This document shows, piece by piece, positions 19,910 to 30,964 of a stretch of 34,449 nt of DNA. This DNA is from Parvularia atlantis (lineage: Eukaryota), in the NCBI GenBank assembly GCA_943704415.1, contig CALSCO010000903.1, positions 1 to 34,449 of the forward strand, written 5' to 3'. A program made the translations under genes and the position numbers. Position 1 is the stretch's first letter, and every line of letters starts with the position of its first letter. Below the pieces are notes generated by a model. It saw nothing but the letters and a program-made list of their open reading frames with translations, ran no database searches and was not told the origin of the DNA.

Positions 19910-22900
19910 TCACATGCGCCCGCTGAACAGCATCAGCAGCGACTCGCGCTTGGAGAACGCCTTGCCCTTGCTCTTGCGCGACCCGTCGGACGTGGTGGGT
20001 GACGGCGAGGAGGATGCCGGCGAGACGGCGCCGGCCTGGCCTGCGGGCGACCCGGGCGAGGCCTGGACGGCGGCGATGCTGGACGTAGACGGCGAGCCGA
20101 AGCTGGCGCTGGACGAGGCGCTGCCGGGCGGCGAGAGCGGCGGCGCCTTGGCCTCGTCGGGCGAGACGAGGCGTGTGCTTGAGCCGAACGCGCCCGTGAT
20201 GCTGTTGCGCAGCACGTAGGCCTGGCGCAACGACTTGAGCTTGTCGGGCACGGGCTCACTCTGCTGCTGGCGAGAGAGCGCGAGAGTGAGCGGCGGGCGG
20301 AGCGGCAGGCGCAGCGGAGGTGCAGTGCGTGCCTCGCCGTCGAAGCCCGGGTGCACGACCGTGCGCTTGAGCCGGATGGACAGGCGGCGCTCGATGGGCA
20401 CCGCGGAGGCGTCCTGCGCCGCGGGCGTCACACAGCACGCGCGCACGTGCACGCGCACAGACCTTGCTTTTGCCGCTGGCGAGCCCCGTGACCTTCCAGA
20501 AACCGCGCACGGTGCTGATGAGCTCGTTCGCGTCGAGCATGCGGTCCACTGCGGCGCGCGTGAGCACGGTGCGTCGCAGCAGCCGCGCGCGCGCAAGCGC
20601 ACCAGACGGCCCGCCCACGCCGAGGTCGATTGACTCGTACAGCGCGTACTTTTCGGGGTTGGGGATGTCGGCCTACGGCGAGCGTGAGGCGGGCAGCGAG
20701 CAGGCGATAGTGTCGCGCGCACCTTCTCGCACATGGCCTTCAGCAGGTCCTCGGCGCGCGTTGTGGACGTGTACGAGAGGGTCTTGTACGAGTCGGTCTT
20801 CATGCGGTAGACGCGGACGTAGTCCACCTTGTCGTTCGACTGTGCGCGCGTCGTCGTCAGCGGCGCGGCTGGGGTTCAGCGGCGACGCGACAGGAACTCG
20901 CCTTGGACGGCCGGCGGTGCAGTGCGGCCGCCTCCTTGTCCTCTGCTGTGTTCTGCAGCTGCAGCTCGAGCTCGGTGATGCGCTGGCGAAGCGTGGATAC
21001 GAGTTTGCTCGCGCGCATGGCTGCAGCGGCACCGCGTGAGGCGCACGGGGGCCGCGCGCCGACGAGCGGCCGCACCCTCGCTGCGCTGTCGCACCAGGTG
21101 CGCGCGCATCTCGCGCTGGTCCATCACGAGGTCGTCCGCCGATGAGCTGCCGAGATCGCCCGCGCCGGCCGCAGATTGCTTGAGCGCTGGGTACCACAAC
21201 GGTCAGCGCGCAATGGCGAACAACGCGCCGCCAGACGCACGAGACGACGTTGCCGGCGCGTGCGCGCTCACGTGCGTCTTGGGGCTCGGCGGCGAGTTCA
21301 TCGCAGAGTCGACGAGCTTCTGCAGCGCCTCGATCGACTGCGAGAGGACCGCCGCGTCCTGCTTGACCAGCGCGGGCATCTAGTGCGGCGGCGGCGGGTG
21401 AGCGCGCGCGGTCTAGCGGGCGCCGTGCCGTGGTCGCACCTTGTCCATCTCTTCAAAGTCGAGCAGCTCGTCGTCGCCCTCGCCGTCGTCCAGCGGCTCG
21501 ACGTCATCGGCTATGTCGCTAAATGTCGACACGGATAGCGTGCGCGGCGCCGTCGTCTGCGTCTTGCCGTTGACCGCCCCGGGCGCGGGCTCGGTCGCCG
21601 TCGCCACGGGCACAAGCGGCGCGTGGTTGGTGGACGTCTGGTTGTCGACCTGCCGGGCGCGCGTGAGGCGCCGTCGCGGCACTGCGGGCACCGCACCAGC
21701 GGCAGCTTGTCCGGCTCGGCGGTCGTGCTGCTGGTGCGCAGCTCGGCGAGCTGGGTCTGGAGCTCCTCCATCTCCTTTTGCGCCTTGTCGGCTGGGCGAG
21801 GCGACGCGTGCTGTGAGCAAAGCGGACGGCGTGCACTCATTCAGCCACACCTTTGCTGCGCTGCTGCTTGAGCTCGTCGTACAGGCGCATCATCTCCATG
21901 GCCAGGTCCGAGCTGAGCTCGGTCTGCGTCGCCATCAGCTCGCCCAGGAGCATCTGTGGCGCGCGTGCCGGTCACACGCAGCCAGCCGCGCAGCAAGCGT
22001 GCTCGTGCGCACCTGGAACCGGTCCTCGTCCGGCCCGAGCACCATTGACGTACGCGGCGTAGACAGATCCATCGAGAAACGCTTGGGGCGCGGCTGGGCC
22101 TGCGCCGTGACGGGTGAGCGCGAGGGCTGCGCACAGCGAGCCGCGACAGACCTCGCCACTGTCGCTGCCGGGGTTCGTCGCGCCCGCGAGCTCGGGCGAC
22201 GTTGGCGCGGGCTGGTTCGACAGGCCCGAGTGCACGATGACCTCGTCGCTTTCCTCTGCGGCGAGCGCATCATCGTCCTCGTCTTTGTTGCTCGCGGGCG
22301 GGGCGACGGGCTGAGTCGGCGGCGACGTCACCGCAGCAGCGACGGGCTTGGCCGCCTGCGGCTCGCGCGCTCAGACGAAGCAACCGCCGGAACGTCAGCC
22401 ACGCGGTGCACCTCCGGCACGGTCCAGCCGGCCGGCAGCGGCGGCGCAAAGGCGTTGACGACCGTGGGCGAGCCCTGCAGCGCGCGCCCGTGTCAGCCTG
22501 GCTGAACCGCGCGCGCAAGCGGACAGCCGCGCACCTCCTTGCGGCCTTCCTTGGACCGCACGTATGTGTAGATGCGCGGCTGGTAGCGGAACCCGCCGGC
22601 CGGCGCGGCACCTGCGGCGGGCGGCAGCTCGGTGGCGGCCGGCTGAGGCGGCGACGGCTCGGGCGACGGCTTGGTCTCGACCGCGGCCTGAGCCATGCCA
22701 GCCTCAGTGAGGTCTACCATCGATGAGTCGACATCGACCGCCGTGTCGTCGAGCACCTGCGGCGGCTGCGTCAGGCACGCTGCAGGCTGCGCGCGCATAC
22801 ACGACGCACCGTGCTGTCGGCCGAGCCGTTGTCCTGATCGTTGTCGTCGTTGTCGGCCTCATCGTCGTCGTTGTCGTCCTCGTCGTCGCTGTCATGCTCA

Positions 22901-23167
22901 AGACGCGGCACTTGCGTCGTCGCGGCGGCATCGGACGAGGGCGCGGCGCCGGCTTCCTTGCTCAAACGGCGGACAGGTTGAAGCTCGTGTGCAGCGGCGG
23001 CAGCGTTGTTGTCGCCATCGTCAAAGAGGTCGTCGGCCTGTCGGTGCGCGTCGTCCTCGCCGTCGTTGACGTCACTCTCGCGCTCGTCGGTGTCGCCGGT
23101 CGCGCGGGCGCGCTCGTCGGCGGCCAGGTCCTCGCCGTCCTCTTCGCCGTCACCGTCCTCGCCGTCG

Positions 23168-23199
<32 letters not shown>

Positions 23200-24771
23200 C
23201 TCTTCCTCGCCCTCCTCGCCTTCCTCGCCCTCCTCGCCCTCGCTGTCGCTCGGCGGCGCACCATAGCCGATGATCTGCGCGCGGGGCCAACGCGTGAGCA
23301 CAGCACTTCGCTTCGCGCGAGCGGCCTGGCAGACCTGGTCCTCTGGCGCAAAGTGGATGCGCAGGCAGCGCCGCATCGCCACTGGGTCGTCTAGGCGGTC
23401 GCGCGGGTGCCGCACCGCGTACATGTGACTGGCGCGGGCGTGAGAGGCCGTCGCGGTCGCATGTGCGACGGCCACCGTACCTCTTGTAATGCGCAACCAT
23501 GCGCGGGTTGCGCATCAGCTCCTCCTGCACGACCGCGTTGGCCTCGTCCGTCGGGCGCGCGTACTCGACTGGGAGGCGGCCAGCGGCGTCAGGGGCGCGA
23601 GCAAAAAGAGCTCTGAACCGCACCGTCCGACTGTTTCTCATGCGAGAGCGACGCCTCCTGCTCGAGCATGATCGAACGGATGACCTGGTGGTTGAGCATA
23701 GCCTCTTTGATCATCTCGAGCCGCGTCGTCTCAAAGTCGAGGTACGCCAGGCACGTCCCTGGCCGGCCGCAGCACCGTCACGCACAACCGTGCCGCGCGG
23801 CGCGCGTGCACCCCGCACCGGCGTACGACTGCGCGTCCGCCGCGTCCGGCGCCTGGGCCTCTATCCTCTCCAGCAGCGCCTCGGCTCCGTTGATGTTGAG
23901 CAAGGGCGCCATGACGATGCCCTGAAGCTGTGAGTGCGTGCGCGCCCGGCCCGTTGGCTGCCCGCCTCTTCTCACGGCAGCGACGCGGCGTACCTGCTCG
24001 GCAAACTGCGCGCGCATTGCGCACATCGTGTCGATGCCCTCGGCCATCGTCGCAAACGTCGTCGGCAGCTCCACGCCCGAGTTGAGCAGCGCGACCGTGC
24101 GGCGCACGAGGTCCTTAAGCTGCGAGAGCGCAAGCGAGCAGGCGCATCAGCGTTCGCGGCACACCTCCCGCTCACGTGCGCGCGCGCGCACCTGCTTGCT
24201 GTAAGACGACTCGACCGTCGCCATCGACTTGAGGAACTCGATCATGTGCTGCTGCACCTTGAGCGCGTCCTGCAGCCGCTGCGCGAGCGAGCGCATGTGC
24301 GCCGGGAAGTCCTGCCGAGCGTGCGCGTTTAGCTGTCGCCCGCGCGCCAAGAAGGACACACCGTCAGCGGCCGGAACGCCGGGTCGGTCGGCGGGCCGGT
24401 CGGCACGAGGTGCGCGAGCGGCGTCATAGGCGTGCGCGGCGAGGGCGAGACAGGGCTGTCGGCGGCGGCAGGCGCGTGCGGCACATTGACCGACAGCACG
24501 GGCTCGGCCCCGCCCGTCTCGGCACTGCCGCGCCGCCCCGTGCGCGACGTGCTGTCCCGCCGCGTGGGCGACGCCGCGCCGGCCGCGGCCGTCGGGCTCG
24601 CCGGCAGGAGCTCGTCCGACGAGAGCGAGACGCTGTCCGCCGAGCAGACGGTTATGGCACACACACGCGGATCCACGCCCGCGCGCACCGCCGCTCGAAA
24701 TCCTGCTTGCGCTTCGCCACGAAGCCTGCCGGCGGCACGTCGCCGCGCGCCACCGCTGCCGCCTGCGCCAT
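19910..24771 (-). CDS. F-BAR (FCH) domain + acidic/low-complexity region + coiled coils + C-terminal Ras-association (RA) domain protein
   Basis: Start MAQAAAV at 24771. F-BAR-like HMIEFLKSMATVESSYSKQ|LKDL, RAQFAEQ|LQGIVMAPL and FETTRLEMIKEAML (about 23620-24315). Glu/Asp-rich tract at about 22830-23250, then coiled coils. RA-like VRVYRMKTDSYKTLSYTSTTRAEDLL...PEKYALYE...DRMLDANE (about 20360-20840). Stop at 19910-19912. Confidence 0.75.
20840..20901 (-). other. Non-canonical GC-AG intron
   Basis: AAG|GCGAGT donor, CTGAC branch site and CACAG acceptor. Removal joins the coiled-coil exon in phase 0 to the RA-domain exon; the intron carries an in-frame TGA. Confidence 0.8.
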
Positions 24772-24923
24772 TATCCAGGTGCTCTGGACGCCGGGGCGCG
24801 CGCGTGCGTCAAAGGATTGAGCCGCCGGGCACAAGCCGCGGCGAGTCGACAACAGCCGCCACACCTGCTATCTCGTGGCTCGCAGCCGCACCACCCGCAA
24901 GCTCGCAGAACACTCGCGATGGA

Positions 24924-26082
24924 ATGGCCGTGCCACTTTCGTCATTCGGGCCAGCCGCCCTCGTTGCCTCGTACGCCTCCGCCTCGCCGCTGCCCGCCGC
25001 ACGACCACCCACACCAGCACCCGCACCACCGCCAAGTCCGTCCAGCGCCGCATGGACGACTCTCTACACCTCGCCGGGGGTCAAGCTAGGCATAAGTACA
25101 AGAAAGTCGTGTTCTCGCCGGCGGCCTGATCGAGTTCTAACGATGCTGTCGTCGGTGACGATGATCCTGGTGCTGCTGCTGGTCCTGAATACCGACGACT
25201 TTGCAAATCCTAAGAACGACGAAACCACGCGTGTGCTCCAGGGTGCGACAGCGTGGGTGATCACGACCAACCAAGTGTGCCAACCGGTTGACGTTGGAGT
25301 CATCTACGACGGCAACGCATCGCTTTTGCTAAGTCAAACTGACTTTGTAGACACGATGCTTTTTTTTCCTGGACGTAGAGAATTCGACCGGAATTTATCC
25401 GCTAGATCGCGTGCAGGGCTGCCAACTGCAGATCATAAACTTGAGATATCTTCAGCTGCAGTACAGTTTCTACACTGAGTACTGCAGTGCTAGTGCATTC
25501 AGCAAAGGCTTCGTTTACATGTATGTTTTTGTCGCCACGTTCGGCAACTTTGCTCTTTTCCTTGTGCCTCATCCGCGCAGAAGCGAGCCCATCACCGAGC
25601 GCGTGCATTTGGTATGGTACCTCGCTCTTTGCTTCCTTATCTGCCTTTTCAACACTGCTGCCAGTTGCGCTTTTTTAGTCTACCTTCTGGGATACAGCGG
25701 TGCAACGCCGCCTGACACCAGCACGCGTAATTATTCACTTTTGAGGGGCACCAATTCAGACTGTTACAACAGCAAACAGGTCTTTTTTTGGTTCAGCGTT
25801 GCGCTGTTTGGAATCGCCACATCAACACTTTTGTTCCTCAGCGTAATGCTCGATGCTCTTCGTAACAACACCATCCTGGTCCGCGGTCGCGAGGACGACG
25901 ACACATCGCACGAGGTGAATGCAAACAACGACCTGGAGGCTGGTTCGTCGATCGCCATGACGCCCGTGACGACGCAGCCGCGCCTCTCGAGTGTCAGCAT
26001 CGACTCGCGCGCGCGGCTCGTGTCAGTCGGCGGCTCGTCGAGCGGGTCGGCCCTGGCGCTGACGAGCTCGGACATCATCTAG
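24924..26082 (+). CDS. Unknown four-pass membrane protein (tetraspan-like topology, Cys- and N-glycan-containing loops)
   Basis: Two overlapping ORFs can be joined by a phase-0 intron 25275-25350 (GTGTGC...CTGACTTTGTAG) or by a 1-nt indel in the T8 run at 25360-25367. Four hydrophobic segments: VTMILVLLLVL, GFVYMYVFVATFGNFALFLV, VWYLALCFLICLFNTAASCAFLVYLL and VFFWFSVALFGIATSTLLFLSVML. The start codon is uncertain. Confidence 0.65.
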
Positions 26083-26174
26083 GATAGCGCGCGTGGCGCG
26101 CTGGCTGCACCAAGTCGAAACCCCTAGGCTTCCGAATCTGGTTGCGTCGTCTTTCTCGCATCCCATTCTCTTCC

Positions 26175-26238
26175 GTTCCGTTCCATACTAGTAGGCCTAC
26201 AACGCGTTCCGTTCCATACAATCTGTTCCGTTCCATAC
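26175..26238. repeat. Three dispersed exact copies of GTTCCGTTCCATAC
   Basis: Copies at 26175-26188, 26206-26219 and 26225-26238 in the convergent intergenic region. Confidence 0.85.
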
Positions 26239-26360
26239 AGCAGCCCGTCAGTTCTCCTCAACCCGTTCAAGTTCGGCCCGGGTTCCCCTCTACCCGTCTC
26301 ACCCCGTCAGTGTGTTTTTGTGTGCCAGAGCAGTTCCCGTCGACGCAACACACCGGTGGG

Positions 26361-29183
26361 TCACTCGTACGACTGCGGCCCCTGCGACGGCCCGCCCGCG
26401 TCCACGGCGGTTGTGGCGGCGACGTGCGCCGCGGCCGCGACGCGCCCGTCAAAGTCGGCGCGCTGCCCGGCCACGCGCTGCTGCTGCGCGAGCCAGTACT
26501 GGTGCAGGAGCGACTTGGGCGGGCCAAGGTCGGGCACGGCGGCGGCGAGGCTGCGCGGCTGGAGGTACGCCTTGCGCAGGTTCGTGCCTTCGACCGGCGG
26601 CGGTGCCGCGAGGTGCTCGTTGTTGGTGTCGCCGCTGAGAAAGTCCTGGCGCTCGCGCGTCGTCATCGACCGCAGCGCGCTGTCCTGCTGCATGGCGCTG
26701 TCGACGGCGGGGGCCTTGCGCTTGAGCGAGCCTGGTGCGACGGCGGCGGCGGGTGCCTCTGTCACGTCGCTCGCGGGCGGCGGCGCCGCCGCCGCCACCG
26801 CTGCCGCCGCCAGCATCGCCGCGCGCGACTCCTCGTTCTGCACAACGGTCGCGATCGCCTGCTCGACAATAGCGCGGACCTGCTGGCCGACGAGGGCCGT
26901 GAGCGACATCGCGCCAACCCGCGCCACTCACCTTGGCTACGTTGTACCGGTCCGTCAGCCCGAGCAGCTCGTCCCAGAACCGTCGAAAGCCGTTGGCGCT
27001 GCGGTATGCGTGCGCGTGCGCGTCACACTTACGTTGAGAGGCCGCGCGCACGCACATGGGCGGGTCTGCGGCCGCAAGCTGCTCGATCTCCTTGCGCATG
27101 GCCTTCTGCGACACGTACGTGCGCACGATCTGTGCGGACCGGCCAGTTCAGCGCATGCGCCCGTCCGCACAGACATGCACCTTCTGGATCGCGTCGATGT
27201 CGCCCGAGGTTATGCCCGGGTTGTGCAAGATGAGCTGCAGCTTGCGCAGCGCCTCACGCAGGCTCGTGTCGGGCCCGCCCCAGACGCGCTCGAGCAGGCT
27301 GTCGGGCGCGCGCGGCGGCCACGTCCGCGTTGACCGCTCAAGGTGCACGGCCGCGTATGGGTGCGGCGCGGCCGGCAGCTGCGCGAGCCACGGGCTGGCA
27401 ACGCTCGTCTGCCACGCGCCGGGCATGGGGTTCGGCGACGGCAGCGGCAGCACGCCGGCGAGGTCGTTGATCTCCACGATCGACGCAAAGTCCTGCGCCC
27501 GGCTCTCAGCTACCAAAACACACGTGATGCAGCCGAGCGGCCCGCACGGTATGCCGCAGCGGCTCGACCTCGGCCAGGGCGCGCACGTACGCCTCGCTCG
27601 GCGGCCGCGGCGGCCTCGACTGGTGCAGGCAGTGCAGGACCATCTCGTCCTGGCGCCGCGACAATGAGCGGAGCGCACTGCACGTCGCGCACGAGCGCAG
27701 AGCACGCACCTGCTGCGACATGACCATGTGCGAGATGCGCGACACGTTTGGCACCTGGCTCGGCGCGCAATAGACCGACTTGCCACCAAAGACGTACTTG
27801 ATCAGCGACGCGGCGGGGCTTGCCGTGACCTATGCGGGGCGCGCGTGAACCAGCACATTGATGCAGGCACACCAACACGCACGTCGAGCGGTGTCAGCCG
27901 GTGGATGCAGCGTGCGCACGCGTCCATGCCTGCGCAGTGGTGAGCGGCGTGTGCGACGGACAGCGCGGCCGCAGCGACGCACCGCCCGTCTCCGGTCGCG
28001 TCGACCAGCGCAGGGGCAGCACCGCCGGCGGGTCGCCAAAGCCGAGAGCGCGCAGCTGCTCGTCATCGTGCGTGGGCTGCGCGGCCGCAAACAGCGGCAC
28101 AGCGGCGGCGTGATCGCGCTGGCAGAACAGCAGCGGCACCTCGTAGTCGCGCTTCTCGGCCGTCGCCGCGCTTTCCTTCATCGGGATGTTGAACACGACC
28201 TGCGAGCACGTCAGTGGTCTTCCCCGCAAGCGCCGTGCCAGCCGCGGCGCACCGCCACGCCCAATTCAAAGTGCTGCTGCACGACCCGCTGCGCTGCGAG
28301 CGATAGCAGCGCGGCGGGCGCGGCGCGGCACCGGAGCGACAGCTGCGGCGAGCACTCGATGCGGCGCCCGGGCATGACCGGCTCGCCGGGCCGGCTGAGC
28401 GCGATGATGTCGAGCGCGCAGTGCGACACGGGCCAGAGCGGGGCGCGGTCCGACGGCAGCGCCGCGTCGGGCGCCTTGTGCCGTCGCCCCGGGTCGCTCT
28501 TGCGGTGCAGTGCGAGGTACTGCATGAACATGTCGGCGACGCCAACGACGTGGCCCGTGCGCACGCAGAGGTGCACGAGCGCGCCGTCAGCCTCAGCCAG
28601 GCACGCCGTGCTCGTAAACATGACGACGCGCGTCCTGCTCACTAGAGGCTGGCACGCGTCTCAGCACATCGCCCCTGCCAATTTGCGCATGCTCACCGCC
28701 GGAACGCCATCCAGCGACCGCGTAAGCATCGTCACAGCCTCGGCCACGACGTCGACGAACGGCGCGCCGTGCGCCAGATCGCCGGGCGGGTGCTGCTGCC
28801 ACGCCTCGAGCAGCTGCGGCAGCCGCGCGGGCGATGCGCCCCAGCCGAGCAGTGGGCGCTGCGGATCGCGCGCGAGCACGACGGCGAGCTGCGTCGCGCG
28901 TAGTCGTCGTCAAGGATCGAGCGCTGCCACGCCGTGAGTGCGCGCGCGCGCGCGCATACCGCGTGCTCGGTCGGGAACAGATCGAGCACGACGCGGCAGT
29001 ACTCGACCGCGGCGGCGCGGATCAGCCCGGCCGGCGGCACATCGACGGCCGCATCGGCTGCGGACCGTGTCAGACGGATACGCGGGGCCGCACGAGCGAC
29101 GCACCCAGCCGCAACGGCAGCGCGTCCGAAGCCGCCGAGGACGGCGCCTCGTCGAGCACGATGACAAGCGTCCTCTGCGTCAT
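26361..29183 (-). CDS. INTS13: Integrator complex subunit 13 / Asunder homolog
   Basis: Spliced motifs follow animal INTS13 in order: RTLVIVLD (KTVFVVD), VEYCRVVLDLFP (MEYCRIMYDIFP), VFNIPMKE...DYEVPLL (ITNIPMKE...NYDVELL), GKSV...ISHMVMSQQDEMVLHCL (GRSV...ISHMLSSHGGEIFLH), LERSTRTWP (ERHTRYWP) and PKSLLHQYW. Confidence 0.88.
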
Positions 29184-29463
29184 GGAAGTTTTCGTGCCAG
29201 GCGACAGCTATGCCGGCGAAGCGATCATCGTGACGCGCGCGTCGAGCCGGCACTTGGCACACTCCTTGCGCTGCCGGCGATGCGGCCGCCCGTGCCGTGG
29301 GTGCACCAGGCACCTGAATGACGTCTGAGCGACGTCGTCCGCACGGCCACTCGCACCACCCGCACCACTCGCACCACTCTGTCGACCCACCCGAGTACAT
29401 AAGGCCCGCGCCGGCGCGGCATGGTCCAGCACCGAAACCGGCCCGCCGCGTCTCACGTTCACC

Positions 29464-30855
29464 ATGCTGCGTACCCTCGCCGCCGCCACCGCCCTCGTCT
29501 GCGCGACCGCCGCGGGCCTCGCCGCCGCCGCGCCCACCAACGCCCCGGCGCGCTGCTACATCGAGAACGGCGTGGTGCACGTGCGAAACATCTCGAGCGG
29601 CATCAGCTGCGTCGGCCGTTCGGACCAGGCCAGCTACGCGCTGGTGCAGCCGTGCGTCGCCTCTCCTCGTCGCGTTCGTGCCGCGTCTGACCTGCGCACG
29701 CAGCGGCTCGGACCGCCTCGACTTTGGCGACCCGACGATGGCCGAGAACGTCTTTGTGCTGTTCTACTCGGACGACCAGTGCCTCGTGCAGGACGGCTTT
29801 GCCGAGTGCGTCCCGCTCGCCCGCACGAGCTGCTACATCGACGTCGACGACACGGTCGTGGTCCAGCGCGTCTACGAGGACGTGCGGTGCGTGGCCCCGT
29901 GTTCGCCGTCTGCTCCGGGCGCTCACACCCCGCACCGCGCGCAGCTGCATCGGCCGCCTCGATGACCCGTCCGCCTTCGCCTTCAACAACGGCAACGACA
30001 CGACCGTCGTCTTCGCCCGCCCGGCCCTTGCCGACTTGATCATGCTGCGCCTCTTCAGCGACGCCGACTGCTCGAAGACCGTCCGCACCCTCCCGTTCAT
30101 CTTCTGCCAGCCGATCAACGGCTCCCAGACCACGACCATCAGCTCGACCGCGACGATGGGCTCGACGGCGACCGACACGATCATCATCCAGGACGTCGTC
30201 ACGGTCACCGTCTGCCCTGCGCCCGAGCCGACGACCACCGCGACGCCCACGCCCACGGCGACGGTGCGCGCACTGGCGGGCCCTCTCTGTCTCTGTCTCT
30301 GTCTCTCTCCTTTGCATGCGCAGACCTCACGCGCCGCCCGCGCGCAGCCTGTCTGCAACCTCCCGGCTGGCCCGGTCTGCTTCGTGCAGGACGGCCGCAT
30401 CCGCGTGCGCGCGCTGCCCGACGACATCGGCTGCCTGCGTCGGTGCGTGGCATGTGCACCCCCCTTGTCTTGTGTGCTCACGACGCCCCCGCACGCCAGC
30501 TCGGACGATCTTCGCCTCGCCTTCCCGACCAACGGCGCGGTCGACTACGGCCTGCCGCCCCAGGACACGGCTGTGAGCGTGACGGCCTTCACCGACGACG
30601 TCTGCAACGAGGCCGCGTTCTCGCTGGCGTGCATCAACGTGCGTTGCCTTGTACCTTGCGCCTCGCGCCGCAGCTGCTCACGCCTATTGTCGCTGATGCA
30701 GATCGACGTCTCGTGCCCGACGCCGACGGCCACGCCGACGCCGACGATGTGTGCACCGCCGACACCGCTTGCCGCGCTGCTGACACGCGCCGCGCAGCAT
30801 CGTCACGTCGACCGTCATCACGACGACGGCCACCGCGACCGCGACGATCATCTGA
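29464..30855 (+). CDS. Secreted/surface protein with three ~85-aa 4-Cys repeat modules and Thr/Pro-rich mucin-like linkers
   Basis: Signal peptide MLRTLAAATALVCATAAGLAAA. Modules begin CYIENG / CYIDVDD / CFVQDG and share C[VIL][GR]R, [YF][ST]DxxC and a terminal Cys. TPTPTAT linkers; stop at 30853-30855. Confidence 0.8.
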
Positions 30856-30964
30856 GCGCGCGCGAACGAGCACTTCCCCCTTCTTGTCGTCGTTACACGG
30901 TTGTGTGTATGTGTTGTGTTCCCTGGCTTGACCTAAGTACTCGTTGCAAACGCACTCTCATGGC

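Noticed and set aside
19662..19913. N-terminal 84-aa extension of the 1320-aa ORF
   Set aside because: It overlaps the stop of the upstream gene and runs through the T16 tract (FFFFF); it is more likely promoter/5' UTR, with the start at 19661.
26117..26128. Telomere/telo-box motif (GAAACCCCTAGG)
   Set aside because: A single imperfect copy is not distinguishable from chance.
26175..26238. CRISPR-like repeat-spacer array
   Set aside because: The repeats are only 14 nt, spacers are 17 and 5 nt, there are no cas genes and the context is eukaryotic.
29347..29400. WCEWCGWCEWPC Cys/Trp motif in ORF 28732-29580
   Set aside because: It comes from a 9-bp tandem repeat (CCACTCGCA) in the INTS13/secreted-gene intergenic region and does not splice into the INTS13 frame; INTS13 homology starts at 29183.
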